Shown: positions 27,216-40,548 of the stretch, piece after piece
How the letters are laid out: each line of letters begins with the position of its first letter
Numbering within the stretch: position 1 is the first letter of the stretch
Assembly: GCA_026770705.1 (NCBI GenBank)
Contig: JANJGN010000005.1
Location: 87,916,001-87,980,000, forward strand
Direction: 5' to 3'
Length of the DNA: 64,000 nucleotides
Source: Isurus oxyrinchus
Taxonomy: Eukaryota
Notes under the pieces: model-generated
What the model saw: only the letters and a program-made list of their open reading frames with translations
What the model was told of the DNA's origin: nothing
Database searches by the model: none
Made by a program: the position numbers and the translations under genes

Positions 27216-28408
27216 TGTTGGGTTGTCGCTAGCCAACGTATGTACTGCTTAGACACCATTAAGTTACCAAGGAGTCTTTATTAACATTACTGAACTATGT
27301 GCATTTTTACAGTAGCGGGTACAAATGTGGAGAGGCCTCCATGGCACATCCTTACATTTGCTACCTAACTTTGCACTGCTGACCTAAGATCTAGGTCAGG
27401 CGCTTCCATGCATCACTGGTGGACTGTACTGTAATCAGTCCCGGGTTAAGCCTTAATGTACTGTACCTTTTTTCTACATCTCCCCCCAACTCTTTATCCC
27501 CTGGATATAGACTGACACTAGTTACTCACAGTTTGATTCAAGCCTTGAGTTGTTGTAAGGTTTGGGTACTTAACTTCAGTGTTGTAGCTATAGCTACTCT
27601 AACTCTGAACTACTTCGTAATTAACATTGCAACAGTATGCATTAACGAAGTTTATACTACCCCATTTCCCACTTCAGGTCTTTGAAATCAGGGTTTGAGG
27701 TGGTCTGGAGGTTTTGTACACCTGCCGTATCACATTTCCTGTCTGTTTGGGAGAGTGGCAGGGCCTAGGAGGTGTAGACCTTGATGATGGATCATTGGCT
27801 GGAGCGAGTTGCAGGCATGGCTTCGTGCACTTTTCCCATTGGCGAGTGTTGCACCATGCCTGGTCAGTCGGGTTGCTGCGGAGGTGATTTTGTATCGTGA
27901 GTGACGATGGTTTCTTTCTGGGAGGACAGGAGTGGTATCCGTCCGGTTGTTTGTTGCGTCCTTTTATTTTTGCCTTTTCCAGCATCTGGAAACCTTCTGC
28001 AGTTAAGGGGAAGCTGACTGTGGATGGAAGAAGAATGTGGCGGCAGCTCACCTTTGTTGAGTAGTGTTGCACGGGCTGCTACCTGGTTCCAGTGGACTCT
28101 GTGGTTTCATCACACTAGCTAGCAGTTGCTGGGGCCTTGTATAGGTTGTCATGTCAACTGACTGCACCGTGGTCACTGGTGGAGGCAGAGGGTCTTTTGG
28201 AAGTTGTTCTGGCTCTGGTCTCACTTTCATTGGGAGTGCTGTGGTAACTTTCTTTGTTGTGGATTGGCCTGGCCCTTGGTTCAGTTCGGGAACCTGAAAA
28301 GGAGAAGAGTAGTCCTGCTCCGTAAACAGGGAAGAGAAGTTACAACATTGGGTTGCTGCTTTTAGTTGGGCTTGCGGGAGGATGAATGTCTGGCTGTGTG
28401 AAGACTAT

Positions 28409-28525
28409 AAAAACAAAAAAACAAAAAAAACTGCGGATGCTGGAAATCCAAAACAAAAACAGAATTACCTGGAAAAACTCAGCAGGCCAGACCTGCTGAG
28501 TTTTTCCAGGTAATTCTGTTTTTGA
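28409..28525. mobile_element. fold-back Penelope-terminal-repeat insertion with 11-bp TSD inside the Gypsy remnant
   Basis: Perfect 33-bp inverted repeat 28454-28486 / 28492-28524 with a 5-nt loop; GTGAAGACTAT at 28398-28408 and 28526-28536. Confidence 0.88.
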
Positions 28526-28604
28526 GTGAAGACTATGGTTGTCTTCCCACCTTCTGCCAGTTGAAGCAGGTCGAGAGCCTGCGGGCATCTCTACTGAGAA
28601 GAGT

Positions 28605-28912
28605 TTCAGGATCCTCATAAAAGAATTGAGAACGAAAGGGCATATATTTAAAGTGATTTGCAAAAGAAGGAAATGCGATGTGAAGAAAAACTTTTTCACA
28701 CAGTGAGTGGTTCGGGTCTGGAATGCATTGCCTGAAAGTGTGGTGGAGACAGGTTCAATCAAGGCATTCAAGAGGGCATTTGTTTCTATTTAAATAATTA
28801 TAAATGTGTAAGGTTACAGAGAAAAGCAGGAAAATGGCACTGACTCATAATGCTCATTTGGAGAGTCAGTTCAGACATGATGGGCCTTCTGCACCATAAC
28901 AATTCTGTGATT
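28605..28912 (+). mobile_element. CR1 3' end fragment nested in the Gypsy remnant
   Basis: KNFFTQ.VVRVWNALP motif and 3' UTR ...gatgggccttctgcaccataacaattctgtgatt. Confidence 0.8.
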
Positions 28913-30049
28913 TTGCACGACGTATATAACTTCTGTGATTGGTTTGTCGCCCTAGCTTAATGGCTTTTAACTCATAAATCATTCCATTGGTCGGCAGTTG
29001 GACTCCCCATGTACTGCTGAGAGGGGGTGGGGGGGGGTGGTTGTGTGTGTCCGTGGTTGGGTGGGTTGGGGTGCGGTGCGACTAGCATAGCCTGCTCAAG
29101 TGCCCCTGTTTGTGACAATGGAAGCATTTAGCAGCACTGGCCAGACATTGGTCCTTCCTGTGGGCATGCTTTGCTCCACTGCATTGGCACAGTGATTTGG
29201 TAGGGTAGTTGGGGGTTGACTTGCACTGGTACAGACAGTCTCTGAGCTTCTGTGGCCGGATGTGGTGGACTGAAGTGTGGCTTTCACCTCCAAGGATGGC
29301 CCGATGTTGATCTCACCGCTCAGACAGCCTGACTAGTTGGACAACCTTGTTGAGAGTGTGGTCCTCCTTAGCTTGGAGAAGGTCCGAGAGAGAGTCATTC
29401 GCAACAACCACCACTATTCTTTCTTGGATGAGTTCTGATTTCAAATCTGTGTTAGCATCCATCTTCCCTGCGGTAGAGGTTGTTGATAAAGGAATTGACA
29501 GGCCCCCCCAGGCTGAAGGACTCATTTGGCATGTTCCAAGATCTTGTTGGATCACAGGTTGAAAAAGAGGTCAAAAGAAGCCGAATTTTTTTGTGGCACT
29601 TTGGCTTTCTATAACCGCAGGTTTCTGCAAGTTCAAATGCTTTTTCTTTCTTTTGTTGTGCTCTTGTTTCGGGGGGGTGGGGGTGGCGCGGCGCGGGGGG
29701 CTGCAGGGAACCACTTGGAGGAGGTGTCAAGTTGGAGGTCAGTCTAATGACAAATGTGCAACAATGTTTTCTACCTGGCTGATTCTTAAAAGAAATAGTT
29801 CACAGGACTGGTATCCTTGGAACTTAAAAAAGGTTGTTCCTCACAGTGCAGGCTGCTGGTTGCTAGCTCTGCTTTGTTGAAAGTGCTGCCACCGGGATCC
29901 AGTGGAGACCTCAGTTTGAGCTTAACTTCTGACATTTTTTTCTGTTGCCAGGATCTTTTGTCCATGCAACTTTTCAGGTGATTTTTATCAGCTTCTTGAT
30001 TCTCGAGTGAGGTTTTCCACATTGCCAGGTAGCTGCATCGGAACAGCTT

Positions 30050-31260
30050 GGCTAAGGCGCTGCTAGTCTGGAGCTCAAGTCTTCAGTACTGCTGCCAGGA
30101 TGTTGTCAGGGCCCATAGTCTTTGCAGTTTCTTTCAGCAATTTCTTGATATCACTTGGAGTGAATCGCATTGGCTGAAGACTGGCATCTGTAATGCAAGG
30201 GACTTCAGGAGGAGGCCGAGATGGTTCATCCACTTGGGCACTTCTGGCAGAAGATAGTTGCAAATGCTTCAGCCTTATCTTTTGCACTGATGTGCTGGGC
30301 TCCCGCATCATTGAGGGTGGGGATATTTGTGGATTCTCCTCCTCCAGTGTGTTGTTTAATTGTGCACCACCATTCACGACTGGATGTGGCAGGACTGCAG
30401 AGCTCAGATTGATCCATTGTTTGTGGGATTGCTTAACTCTATCGGATGCTGCTTCTGCTGTTGGCATGCAGGTAGCCTTGTGTTGTAGCTTAACAGGTTG
30501 ATTCATCATTTTTAGGTATGCCTGGTGCTGTTCCTGGCGTGCCCTCCTGCATTTTTCACTGAACCAGTGTTGTTCCCCCAGCTTGATGGTAATGGTGCAA
30601 TGGAGTATATGCCAGGCCATGAGATTACAGATTGTCGTTGCAGATAATTCTGCTGCTGCTGATGGCACAACAGCACCTCATGGATGCCCAGTTTTGAGTT
30701 GCTGCATCTATTCAAAATCCATCCTATCTAGCAAGGTGGTAGTGTCACACAACACAATAGAGGGCATCCTCAGTGAAAAGACTGAACTTTGTCTCCACAA
30801 GGAAGGACTGTGCATTGGTCACTCCTACCAATACGGTCGTGTACAGATGCATCTGTGACTGGTAGATTGGTGAGGACAAGGTCAAGTATGTTTTTCCCTC
30901 TTATTGGCTCCCTCACCAACTGCTATAGACCCAGTCTAACAGCTACGTCCTTTAGGACTTGCCCGATTCAGTCAGTAGTGGTGCTACCGAGCCACCGTTG
31001 ATGATGGACATTGAAACCAGCCCCCCCCCCCCCCCGGTGTCCTTGCTAGCCTCAATGCTTCTTCCAAGTGGTGTTCAACATGGAGGAGTACTGATTCATC
31101 AGCTGAAGGGGAGGTGGTAGGTGGTAACCAGCAGGAGGTTTCCTTCCCCATGTTTGACCTGATGCCATGAGACTTTATGGGATCCAGAGTCAATGTCGAG
31201 GACTCCCAGGGCAACTCCCTCCTGTATACCATCATTCTGCCACCTTTGATGGGTCTGGTG
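30050..31260 (-). mobile_element. non-LTR retrotransposon (CR1/L2-group) endonuclease to RT N-terminal fragment
   Basis: SVLLHVEHHLEEALR, WWCTIKQHTGGG...KDKAEAFATIFCQKC, DIKKLLKETAKTMGPDNI. Confidence 0.8.
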
Positions 31261-33119
31261 GCTTATGGTTTGTTTTCCAATTGGGGTTGATTTACTGCCA
31301 TTTTAATAAACTATCTAATGGGCCTTGGAAAGTTCACCTTTTGGAGGCTGTTATGCAGAATATTTAGTCCAAATTAAGATAATAAATTCAAGTCACCTTG
31401 AATTCCTAAAAGGTGGAGGACATCTAATGCTATTCAATTCATTAATGTAATGGAAAAGCATGCAAAGCATAAATTGTACAATTGAACTTCTTAAAAAAAG
31501 TCTAATTCACCCTTGGATTTTCTCATGAACAAAACGTATCTTTTTCAAATTCTCATTATTTCTTGTTTTCTTTCACTTGTTACTATTCCTGATTTGCCTT
31601 CTCTCTTTCTATTTGTCTTCAACTCTCTAGTACTAAGTTGTTACATGCTTTCTCTTGATCACATCTTAGTAATTCTATATTTTTTCTATACACTCCTCTA
31701 AATGTCAACCTTTGCTCAATTGGCAGTGCTCTCATGCCTTGAGTCAGAAGGTTGTAGTTTCAATTGTTAATCTGGAACTTGAGAATGTAATCAAGACAAT
31801 ATAGTTGTGAGTGTGTGTTTCATTATTGGAGATTTTTTTGAAGATAAAGTATTAAACCAAGATTTCACCTGCCTCTTGAGATGAACGTCAAAGATCGCAA
31901 TATCCTGGTGAGGTGAACATTTATCTCTCATCAAACACAAACACAAGTGAGCACCATGCCTTTTATCTCATTTATTTGTGGCATCTTGCTGTTCATAACT
32001 TCTGTGTTTGTTTACAAAATAACAATTTCCCTCTGTCTGTCTCCTATTCAACTTTTATATCTTTCTTACTCCTCTCTACTCATCTGTTTATCTTCCGTTT
32101 TTGTTTCTTTGTACTCTTTCACTTTCTTTTCTTTTTCATTTCAGAGGTGTAAATTAGAAGCTGGGGGATGGGAAAGTAAGTAAATAGAAAATTTAATCTT
32201 CACCAGTTTTGACCAAATATTTATGTTATAGGATTGGTGTGTAAGCAAGAGAAGTGCACCGTGTTTTAAAAAAAAATGGATCCGGATTGGAGGTGATCAG
32301 ACAATTCCCTCATTAATATACATCTGGACTCTTATAAATGGCTTGGATTGAGTTTAAGTGCACAAAATGTATACTGTAGTTATCCTCCACTTTACTTAAT
32401 TTTACTGATGGTGGTGCTGCGGCTCTGGGTGTGTTGTGGGGGTATGGGGTGGTGAAGATGGGGCCCTAGTTGTATGGGGAAAGAGTGTCACAGCCCTGGG
32501 GTGGGGAAGGTCATTGCAGAGGTTTTTGATCATGGAGGGATCCTGGATCCAGGGCTAAGTGTGAAGGCACGTATCTCCCTAATTAACCAAGGTCTCACCT
32601 TGAGGAAATTGCTGGGTTCCTCAGAGATCGGCAACATGATCAATAACAGCAAAAATCCAAAGGTGGTATGACAATGAAGTTCGCAGCCTTATTATCATAT
32701 TTAAAGCTTTAGCCTGCTTCCTTGGGTCGAGTTGGCTGCCTGGCCAACTTCCAGCTTCAGTTGAAGCCATAAATAGATAGGTTGGAGGCGTGTTTTCAGG
32801 GTACAGATTATGACACTTTTAAACCCCTGCCTGACTCAAATCCACCTGTTTCTCAGTTAAAATTCAGCCCAATGTGTCTAAAGTTCATATAGTTGAAACA
32901 ATTAAAATTGCTTCAACACTTAGTCATCTCTTACACATCTTTTGGGACATCAATCCCCACCACCTCCTGCCTTTTTAGAAACCATCTTGTATCTTTCATT
33001 TAATTCTTCCCGTTCTTGGCTGTTCCTTTATTATATTCCTGTCTGCCTCGCCCATTCTTTTATTATTTATCTCTAACGTAGGTTGTTTCTGTTCTTTTAT
33101 TTCTATAAAGCACTAGCTG

Positions 33120-34740
33120 TAATCATTTTCACTAGTTACAGCACTGAAGGAGGCTATTCAGCCTGTCAAACCCACGTCAGCTCTCTGCAAGAGCAGTTCA
33201 GCTAGTCCTATTCCCCCTGCCCTTTCCCTGTAATCCTCCACATTTTTTATCCTCTGGTGTTTATCCAGTTCCCTTTAGAAAGCCGCAAATAAATCTTTCT
33301 CCACAAACACAGGCAGTGTTTTCCAGACCCCAACCATTTGCTGTGCAATAAAGGTTTCTCATGTGGCCTTTGATTCTTTTGCCAATCACCTTAAATTTGT
33401 GTACTCTGGTTCTTGACTCATCTGCCAAAAAGAACAGTTCCTCTATATTTACTCTGTCTAGACCCCTATTGATTTTGAATCCCTCTATCAAATCTCCTCT
33501 CAACTTGTTCTCTAAGCAGAACAACTGCAACTTCTCTAATTTATCTTTGCAACTGAAGTCCCTCAAACTTAGAACTATTTTCATAAATCCTTCCTGCATC
33601 TTCTCAAAGGCCTCACTTCCCTCCTACGTTGCAGGGCCCAGAATTGGACACAATACACTAGTTGAGACTAAATTAGTATTTTATAAAGGTTCATCATAAC
33701 TTTCTTGCTTTTGTACTCTATGCCTCAATTTCTAAAGCTTCTTAACCACTTTCTCAACCTGCTCTGGCACTTCAAATGATCTGTTCACATATACCCTGTT
33801 CCTGCACCCCCATTAGAATTGTACCCTCCAGTTTATATTGCCCCCTTCATTCTTCCTACCAAAATAAATCATTTCACATTCTCTGCATTAAATTTCGTCT
33901 GCAGTGTAGCTACCCATCCCACCAGCCTATCTATATCCAGTTGAAGTCTATCACTGTCCTTCTCACAGTTCATAATACTTCAGGTTTTGTACCATCTGCC
34001 CTATGCAGCCAAGTCTAAGTCATTAATATAGATCAAGAAGAACAGCATTCCAGTGCTGACTTTTGGGGAACACCATTGTATATGTTCTTTTAGTCAGAAA
34101 ATCAACTGTTTATCACCACTCACTGTATCCTGTAACTCGCCCAACTTCATATCCATGCTGCCATTATCCATAGGCCTCAACTTTGTTGACAAGTTTATTA
34201 TGTGGCACTTTATCAAACACCTTTTGTAAATCCATACACATCACATCAGCTGCATCTCCTTCATTAGCACTGTCTCTTACCTCATCAGCAAAACTCAGAT
34301 GATTTTCATTTAACAAATCCATGTTTGGCTTTTCTTAATTTATCCACCCTTTTCCAAGGGACTGTTAATTATGACCTGGATCATCATTTCTAAAAGCTTT
34401 ATCACCACCGACACTAAACTTGTAGTTGCTGGGTTTATCCTTGGATTGTTTTTTGAACAAGGGTATGGCATTTCCAATCCTCCAGTTGCCTTGCACCACC
34501 CCTATGTCTATGGAGGATTGGAAGATTATGGCCTAGCATTTCCACAATTTCCACCATTTCTTCCCTCAGTATTCTTGGATACATCCCGTCTGTAACCGGT
34601 AACTTATGAACTTAAAGTACTGCCAGCCTTTCTCCTCTTCATCAATTTTTAGTCCATTCTGTGTCACAGTTACTTACTCTTTGGCTATGACTTTGGAAGC
34701 ATCTTCTTTCTTGGTAAATGCAGGTGTAAAGTATTTATTT
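33120..34740 (-). mobile_element. CR1 LINE fragment, degenerate
   Basis: DKLEKLQLFCLENKLRGDLIEGFKINRGLDRVN; D..K.FDKVPH-like stretch near 34200-34240. Confidence 0.85.
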
Positions 34741-34743
34741 AGT

Positions 34744-36000
34744 ATAAAAGCAAAAAACTGCGGATGCTGGAAATCCAAAACAAAAACAAAAATACCTGGA
34801 AAAATTCAGCAGGTCTGGCAGCATCGGCAGATAGGAGCACAGTTAACGTTTTGAGTCTGAATGATCCTTCAACAGGATTAAGTAAAAGTAGAAGAGAGGT
34901 GAAAAATAAGCTGGTTTAAGAAGGGGTGGGACAAGAAGAGCTGGATAGAGGGCCAGTGATAGGTGGAGATAACCAAAAGATGTCACAGACAAAAGGACAA
35001 AGAGGCGATGAAGGTGTTGAAGCTTGACCTCTCTTTTCTCAATTTCTGGTGATAGACTGTCTACCAATATCCATTACAATCCTACTGACTCCCACAGCTA
35101 CCTCGACTACAGCTCCTCACACCCCACTTCCTGTAAAGACTCCATCCCATTCTCTCAATTCCTTCGCCTCCGTCACATCTGTTCTGATGATGCCACTTTC
35201 AAAAACAATTCCTCTGACATGTCCTCCTCCTTCCTTAACTGAGGTTTTCCACCTCTGTTGGTTGACAGGGCCCTCAACCGGGTCCGGCCCATCTCCTGTG
35301 CATCCGCCCTCACGCCTTCTTCTCCCTCCTAGAAACATGATAGGGTCCCCCCTTGTCCTCAATTATCATCCACCAGCCTCCGCATTCAAAGGATCATCCT
35401 CTGCCCTTTCTGCCAACTCCAGTATGATTCCACCACCAAACACATCTTCCCTCCACCCCCCTGGCGGCATTCCGCAGAGATCGTCCCCTCCGGTCCACTC
35501 CTCCATCAACCCTTTCCCACGGCACCTTCCCATGCAACCACAGAAGGTGCAACACCTGCCCCTTTACTTCCCCTCTCCTCACTGTCCAAGGGCCCAAACA
35601 CTCCTTTCAAGTGAAGCAGCATTTCACTTGCACTTCTTTCAACTTAGTCTACTGCATTCGTTGCTCCCAATGCGGTTTCCTCTACATTGGAGAGACCAAA
35701 CGCAGACTGGGTGACCACTGGGTGTTCTACCTTCGGTCTGTCCACAAGCATTACCCAGACCTCCCTGTCACTTGTCATTTCAACACTCCACCCTGCTCTC
35801 ATGCCCACATGTCCGTCCTTGGCCTGCTGCATTGTTCCAGTGAAGCTCAACGCAAACTGGAGGAACAGCACCTTATCTTCCGACTAGGCACTTTACAGCT
35901 TTCCGGACTGAATATTGAGTTCAACAATTTTAGATCATGAGCTCTCTCCTCCATCCCCATCCCCTTTCCGATTTTCCCCCTTTTTGTTTTTTCCAAAAAT
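34744..36000 (+). mobile_element. 5'-truncated Neptune-type Penelope-like element with inverted terminal-repeat segment
   Basis: 35025-35940: RT thumb IHYNPTDSHSYLDYSSSHP..CKDSIPFSQFLRLRHICSD, Cys linker GTFPCNHRRCNTCP, GIY-YIG NLVYCIRCSQCGFLYIGETKRRLGDH, C-terminus EEQHLIFRLGTLQLSGLNIEF*. 34744-35024 is an inverted terminal-repeat segment. Confidence 0.9.
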
Positions 36001-37675
36001 TTATATAGGTTTTCTCCTTCAGTCCTCCAATGCATTTTTTCATTCTTTATTCTTGCTGCCACATTCCTTATTGTTTTTTTTTTCACATATTTCCTTCGTA
36101 CCCATGCCATCATTGTCCACCAGCTCTGAGCTACAGATAATATCCAATCATTAAACTCCATTGGCAGCTTACCTACATAATATAATAATACATTGTGTTC
36201 CCCACATTTTGCTACTCTTGTATTCGCCTTCACTGATGATATAGGAGATTTGTTAATCGATCAATGAATATAAATTATGAACTAAAAATTTTATCATAAG
36301 AAATAGATTCATACCCACAGATCTTGATGCTTTCCCTGCTAAATTCATGGCTGAACCAGATCTGTTGTCGCTAATCCCCAACCTCCCTTCATAGAAGCTG
36401 GGGATCCAGCAAGATGTATTTAATCAGCACTATGGACCGAAGTTCAGTCAGGTTACTGGGTACACCTTTGCAATGAGTAGGGACCCCAGTTACTTGCATG
36501 CAGGTTTTGCATATAGAATCACTGCATAAATGGCAATGGAAGTCAGAATGCCTAGTGCCATTGCCTTGCCATGTCCTTGAAAAGGTAGGTCAATAGCACT
36601 AGGTCAGAATGCTCATTTGGAGAGCTGGTGCAGACATGATGGGCCGAATGGCTTCCTGTGCCATTAAGATTCTGTGATTCTGAAATACAAATATATTGTT
36701 TCAAACCATTGCATTTTCTGGCATTTCGAACAATTAGAGGTAATATTATTGAACATAAAAAATTTCTAGAGGGCTTTAAAGGGTAGATGTTTCTTATATT
36801 CATGAAAATAATGTGTGTGCATATATAGATAACAAAGCTTTGTCTTTAAAGGGTTTTGTAACTAATTCCATTGTGGGTCAAGGTATGATTTTGCAGTTCA
36901 CAGTGATAATGATCTGAAGAATAGCAAGGTAGTACAATGTTCTTGTAAAAAGAAAAGCTTCATTTGCAAGAATAAAAAATTTCTTATTGCATTCAGTTGT
37001 TCATCTGGCAGGTTTGCGGTAGATAATAACTTGTACTGAAATTATATGGCAATCAAAATATCAAAACTAAGTGCCCAGTAAGGAAAAATTATGCATACAA
37101 TTAGCATTTCACCTTTAAAGGTAAACATCAGCTTATGATGAAGATAACTTTGCAAAAGATCATGTATGTATGCCCATCTGTGAATTTTTTTTATGTTGCA
37201 TAAGAAGTTACAAATTGCATACATTCCAGTGTATTTTATAGCAGGAGCAGACTTTTGCAAACCCAAATCTACAGGCAAAACATTGTTAGAGCCTCTAATT
37301 CTAAATATAATTTTTTAAGGACCAGTTATAATAGAGGTATAGCCCAGAGTTACATTACTGGTGACCATATTGCTCTCTGCTTTGTGATGAGTGATCTGTG
37401 TACTTGAATTATCGCACATGTTCAAGGCTCTTTTTATTTGCACATTGCTATACATTGCACATTGGTTAAATTTTAAGGTTAAGAGACATCAATGTCAAAA
37501 TAAAGTTTAAGAGTTTCTCATTGGATCAGCAAGTGTAGCTATATTGCTATAACATTCAACGAAGCACCTATTTTTTTTCCCCGGAAGAACATCCAGCACT
37601 CAAGTTATTTGGAATTTAACATATTGTATTCATGAAATTAGTTCAATTATGAGTTTCTATACAAACCTATTGACA

Positions 37676-37843
37676 GAGCATCTTAGCTAAAAGTGGTATG
37701 AGGATCTCGGAGCATCTTATCTAAAAGTGGTATGAGGATCTCGGAGCATCTTATCTAAAAGTGGTATGAGGATCTCGGAGCATCTTATCTAAAAGTGGTA
37801 TGAGGATCTCAGAGCATTTTATCTAAAAGTGGTATGAGGATCT
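37676..37843. repeat. minisatellite, ~5 x 34 bp
   Basis: Unit AGCATCTTATCTAAAAGTGGTATGAGGATCTCGG starting at 37677, 37711, 37745, 37779 and 37813. Confidence 0.97.
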
Positions 37844-38209
37844 AAGTTGCTGAGTGTAGAATTCCTGAAGCGCAGCCTAAACTTTCAGATATCCTTCCTC
37901 CTCTTCTAAAAACTAGTATGGAGGAACACCCTTAAGGAAACCTACAGTTCCAAAATAGTTGCTATTGCCAATTAAATGATTATGCCAGAACAATTGCCAC
38001 AATGCCACCTGATTGTTTGAATCAGAATAGTAGAAATATTAATACATTTACTTCTGACAGTAACCTAAACAAGTGGTTCTAAGGAGATAAGCAGATTGCT
38101 TCCAAATCTTTAAAATGGATGTTAACCTAAGATACACAGTCGAAGATGGCTAATGTTTATATAGCCACTGCATTTAATGAGATGCTTGATTAGTACAAGG
38201 CCTTCATCA

Positions 38210-40260
38210 TGAATGTGTCTGTCATATATCCTGTCTCAATGGCAGTGCGCTTCTCAATAGCACTCCTTGAGTCCCTTGATGAAGGATATCTAATAAGATG
38301 GCAGAAAGCAGCAGAGAAGATTGGCTTCACATACTCAAGCCAAAGTCCGTGGAAAGTCCTATCCTGCCTGGGAGCAGTCGAGTAACAACCACACTAGTGG
38401 CTCAGAATCAACATTGATGCTATCGCTTCCCATCTCCTAATAAACTCAAAGATCTCAGTTGGCAGGGAAGATAAGCCGACTGTAAAAACAGCCCTGGTGC
38501 AGTCTCACAAGACTGCCCTAGAGCAAGCAAACTTTTCAAGCTTTTACACACAAATCAGGACAGTGCCATGATGGCAGGCAAAGCAACAGGAATCAATGGG
38601 ATTTACCCAAAATTCCTAAAGAACATCAGATCATTGGGAGGAAGTGGCTAGTAAAGCTCTTTATCAATGTCCACATCATAGGCAACCATTCCAAACGTCT
38701 GGTTTGAGTCTGAGATAGTGGCCATTGCCAAGCCGGAGAAACTACTTGATGACCCACGCAGCTACCACCCCAGTGCCCTGTTCTCAATAATGTACAAGGT
38801 CCTCGACCACCTTCTCCGAAACAGACTGATTCCCACTTCAGAATCTGGGATGCTCCCCGAAGAGGCAGATTTTCACACAAGCTGCAACTGCTCTAAGCAG
38901 GCCCTGACACTGGCCTCACATAGTGATGCTGGTTTTCCAGAAAAGCCTGAAGACAGCAATAGCCTTTGTTGACTTACCACATGCTTATTACAGTGTAGTG
39001 CCTGATTGCTGAAACTCTTCAGTCATCTGCTGTGTGAAAACCCTACAGTTAATCAACTCCCTGATCAGCAGCTAACAGTTCCATGTGCACTTTGGAGATC
39101 TAATCAGTTGCCCACGCATAACCAACAAAAAATGCCCACAAGGATCAGTCCTCACACCAGTACTCTACAACAGTTATATCAGTGACCCCAGCCCCCCTCC
39201 AACAGAATCAGGGCTCTTTGTATATGCTGACAACTTGGCCCTGGCTTTCCAGGCTAAAGAACTTCAGGCTATTGAGAAAATATTCACTGAATATCTATAT
39301 TTCCTAGAAACCTACTTCAGAAAATGGAGGCCGACCAAACGCTGCCAGGACTGTAAGTTCGGCCTTCCACATGAACACCTCGACGGCCTAGGAAGAACTT
39401 CATGTCCACTTCTGGGACTGACCACCCACTCACGATTTAATGCCAAAATACGTTGGTATCACTCTTGACCATTCATTGACTTACTGTCAATGCCTCCAGA
39501 ACATTGGAGTCAAGGTCAAGATGAGAGTGAATCTAATGGAAATTGGTGGGTAGCAGAGCCAAAAGACTACACATTGCTTCACTCGCTCTGTTTTACACAA
39601 CAGTGAAGTACTGCTGCTCAGCCTGGCTCAGGAGCTGCCACACTATCATGGTGATGTCCATCTCTGAGAAGTTATGAATATTATTTCTAGAATGTTCAGC
39701 CTAATGCAGCTTAAGTGGCTTCCTGTGCTAGCATGCATTGAATCCCCTGATGTCTGCAGGGCAAACATCAACCTCAAAGAATACCACTGACTGACAGCCA
39801 ATGAAGCACTCCCATTGACACAGGACCTCAAAAAAAAACGCACCCTCCTGTCTGTAATGTCGTAACCCCTACTGCAACAACACTCCATGCCCTACAAACT
39901 AACAAAAACCTCACCTCTCAATGGTGCACTTCGTGTTTTACTGCAAACATCACCGACTGCAACCTGGTAACTGGCCTGAGTGCTGAAGCCCCAGGTTTTA
40001 ACCTTCCATGGAATATCTGGATAATGCTCTACCACTTGAGGACCGGCTAGGGAAGATGTGGCCACAAGTGGAACATGAGGAACAGCTCAAATTGTGACTA
40101 GCCATCCAAGTCAGGCTGTCACCCACACACTGAACTTCAGCCCTGAGTAATCCATTCTTGGTGGCATCACAACCATTCACACTGCGTCAACTAAAGCCGT
40201 TGAATGGATTGTTAACCTCTGTCGAACTATAACCATTTCCCCACCCATGTGAATAAAAAA
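38210..40260 (+). mobile_element. degenerate Vingi/Ingi-like non-LTR retrotransposon
   Basis: IAKPEKLLDDPRSYHPSALFS, PQGSVLTPVLYNSYISD, FVYADNLAL; C-terminal region parallels the element at 55851; A-rich end. Confidence 0.65.
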
Positions 40261-40451
40261 AAGTGGGAATGCAACTCATTCGGCCTGCAGCAGGTATATT
40301 AAGAAGCTATATAGCATAAGATACATCCAAATATGATCGGAAGGAAAAGACCATTTGGTCACACTCATGGCCAGAGTATTATGATTAGACATTTCCTATC
40401 TCCCACACACTCATGGATATGTAATCTCTTGGGAGATACAAAAAAAACAAA

Positions 40452-40548
40452 CTGAAGAAGAGTCATATGGACTCAAAACATCAACTCTGTTTCTCTCTCC
40501 ACTGATGGTGCCAGACCTGCATTTTCTGTTTTTTTTATTTCAGATTTG
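40452..40548 (+). mobile_element. Penelope-terminal-repeat mini-element with degenerate hammerhead
   Basis: CTGAAGA-a-GAGTC-atatg-GACTC-aaaacatcaac followed by the family body. Confidence 0.7.

Larger units (their letters stand above)
27241..29780 (-). mobile_element. Gypsy-type LTR retrotransposon remnant (3' LTR, PPT, degenerate gag; pol largely deleted)
   Basis: LTR 27241-27478 TGT...ACA abuts TCTCCCCCC (minus-strand PPT). Minus-strand gag motifs LIQERIVVVVANDSLSDLLQAKEDHTLNKVVQ and zinc knuckle CFHCHKQGHLSRLC (CX2CX4HX4C, ~29085-29130). Confidence 0.8.

Noticed and set aside
35049-35714. 221-aa Pro/Ser-rich ORF
   Set aside because: An alternative frame of the C-rich Penelope coding strand; the real motifs lie in other frames.
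37676-37843. CRISPR-like array
   Set aside because: Units are head-to-tail with no unique spacers, no cas genes, and a eukaryotic context; it is a minisatellite.
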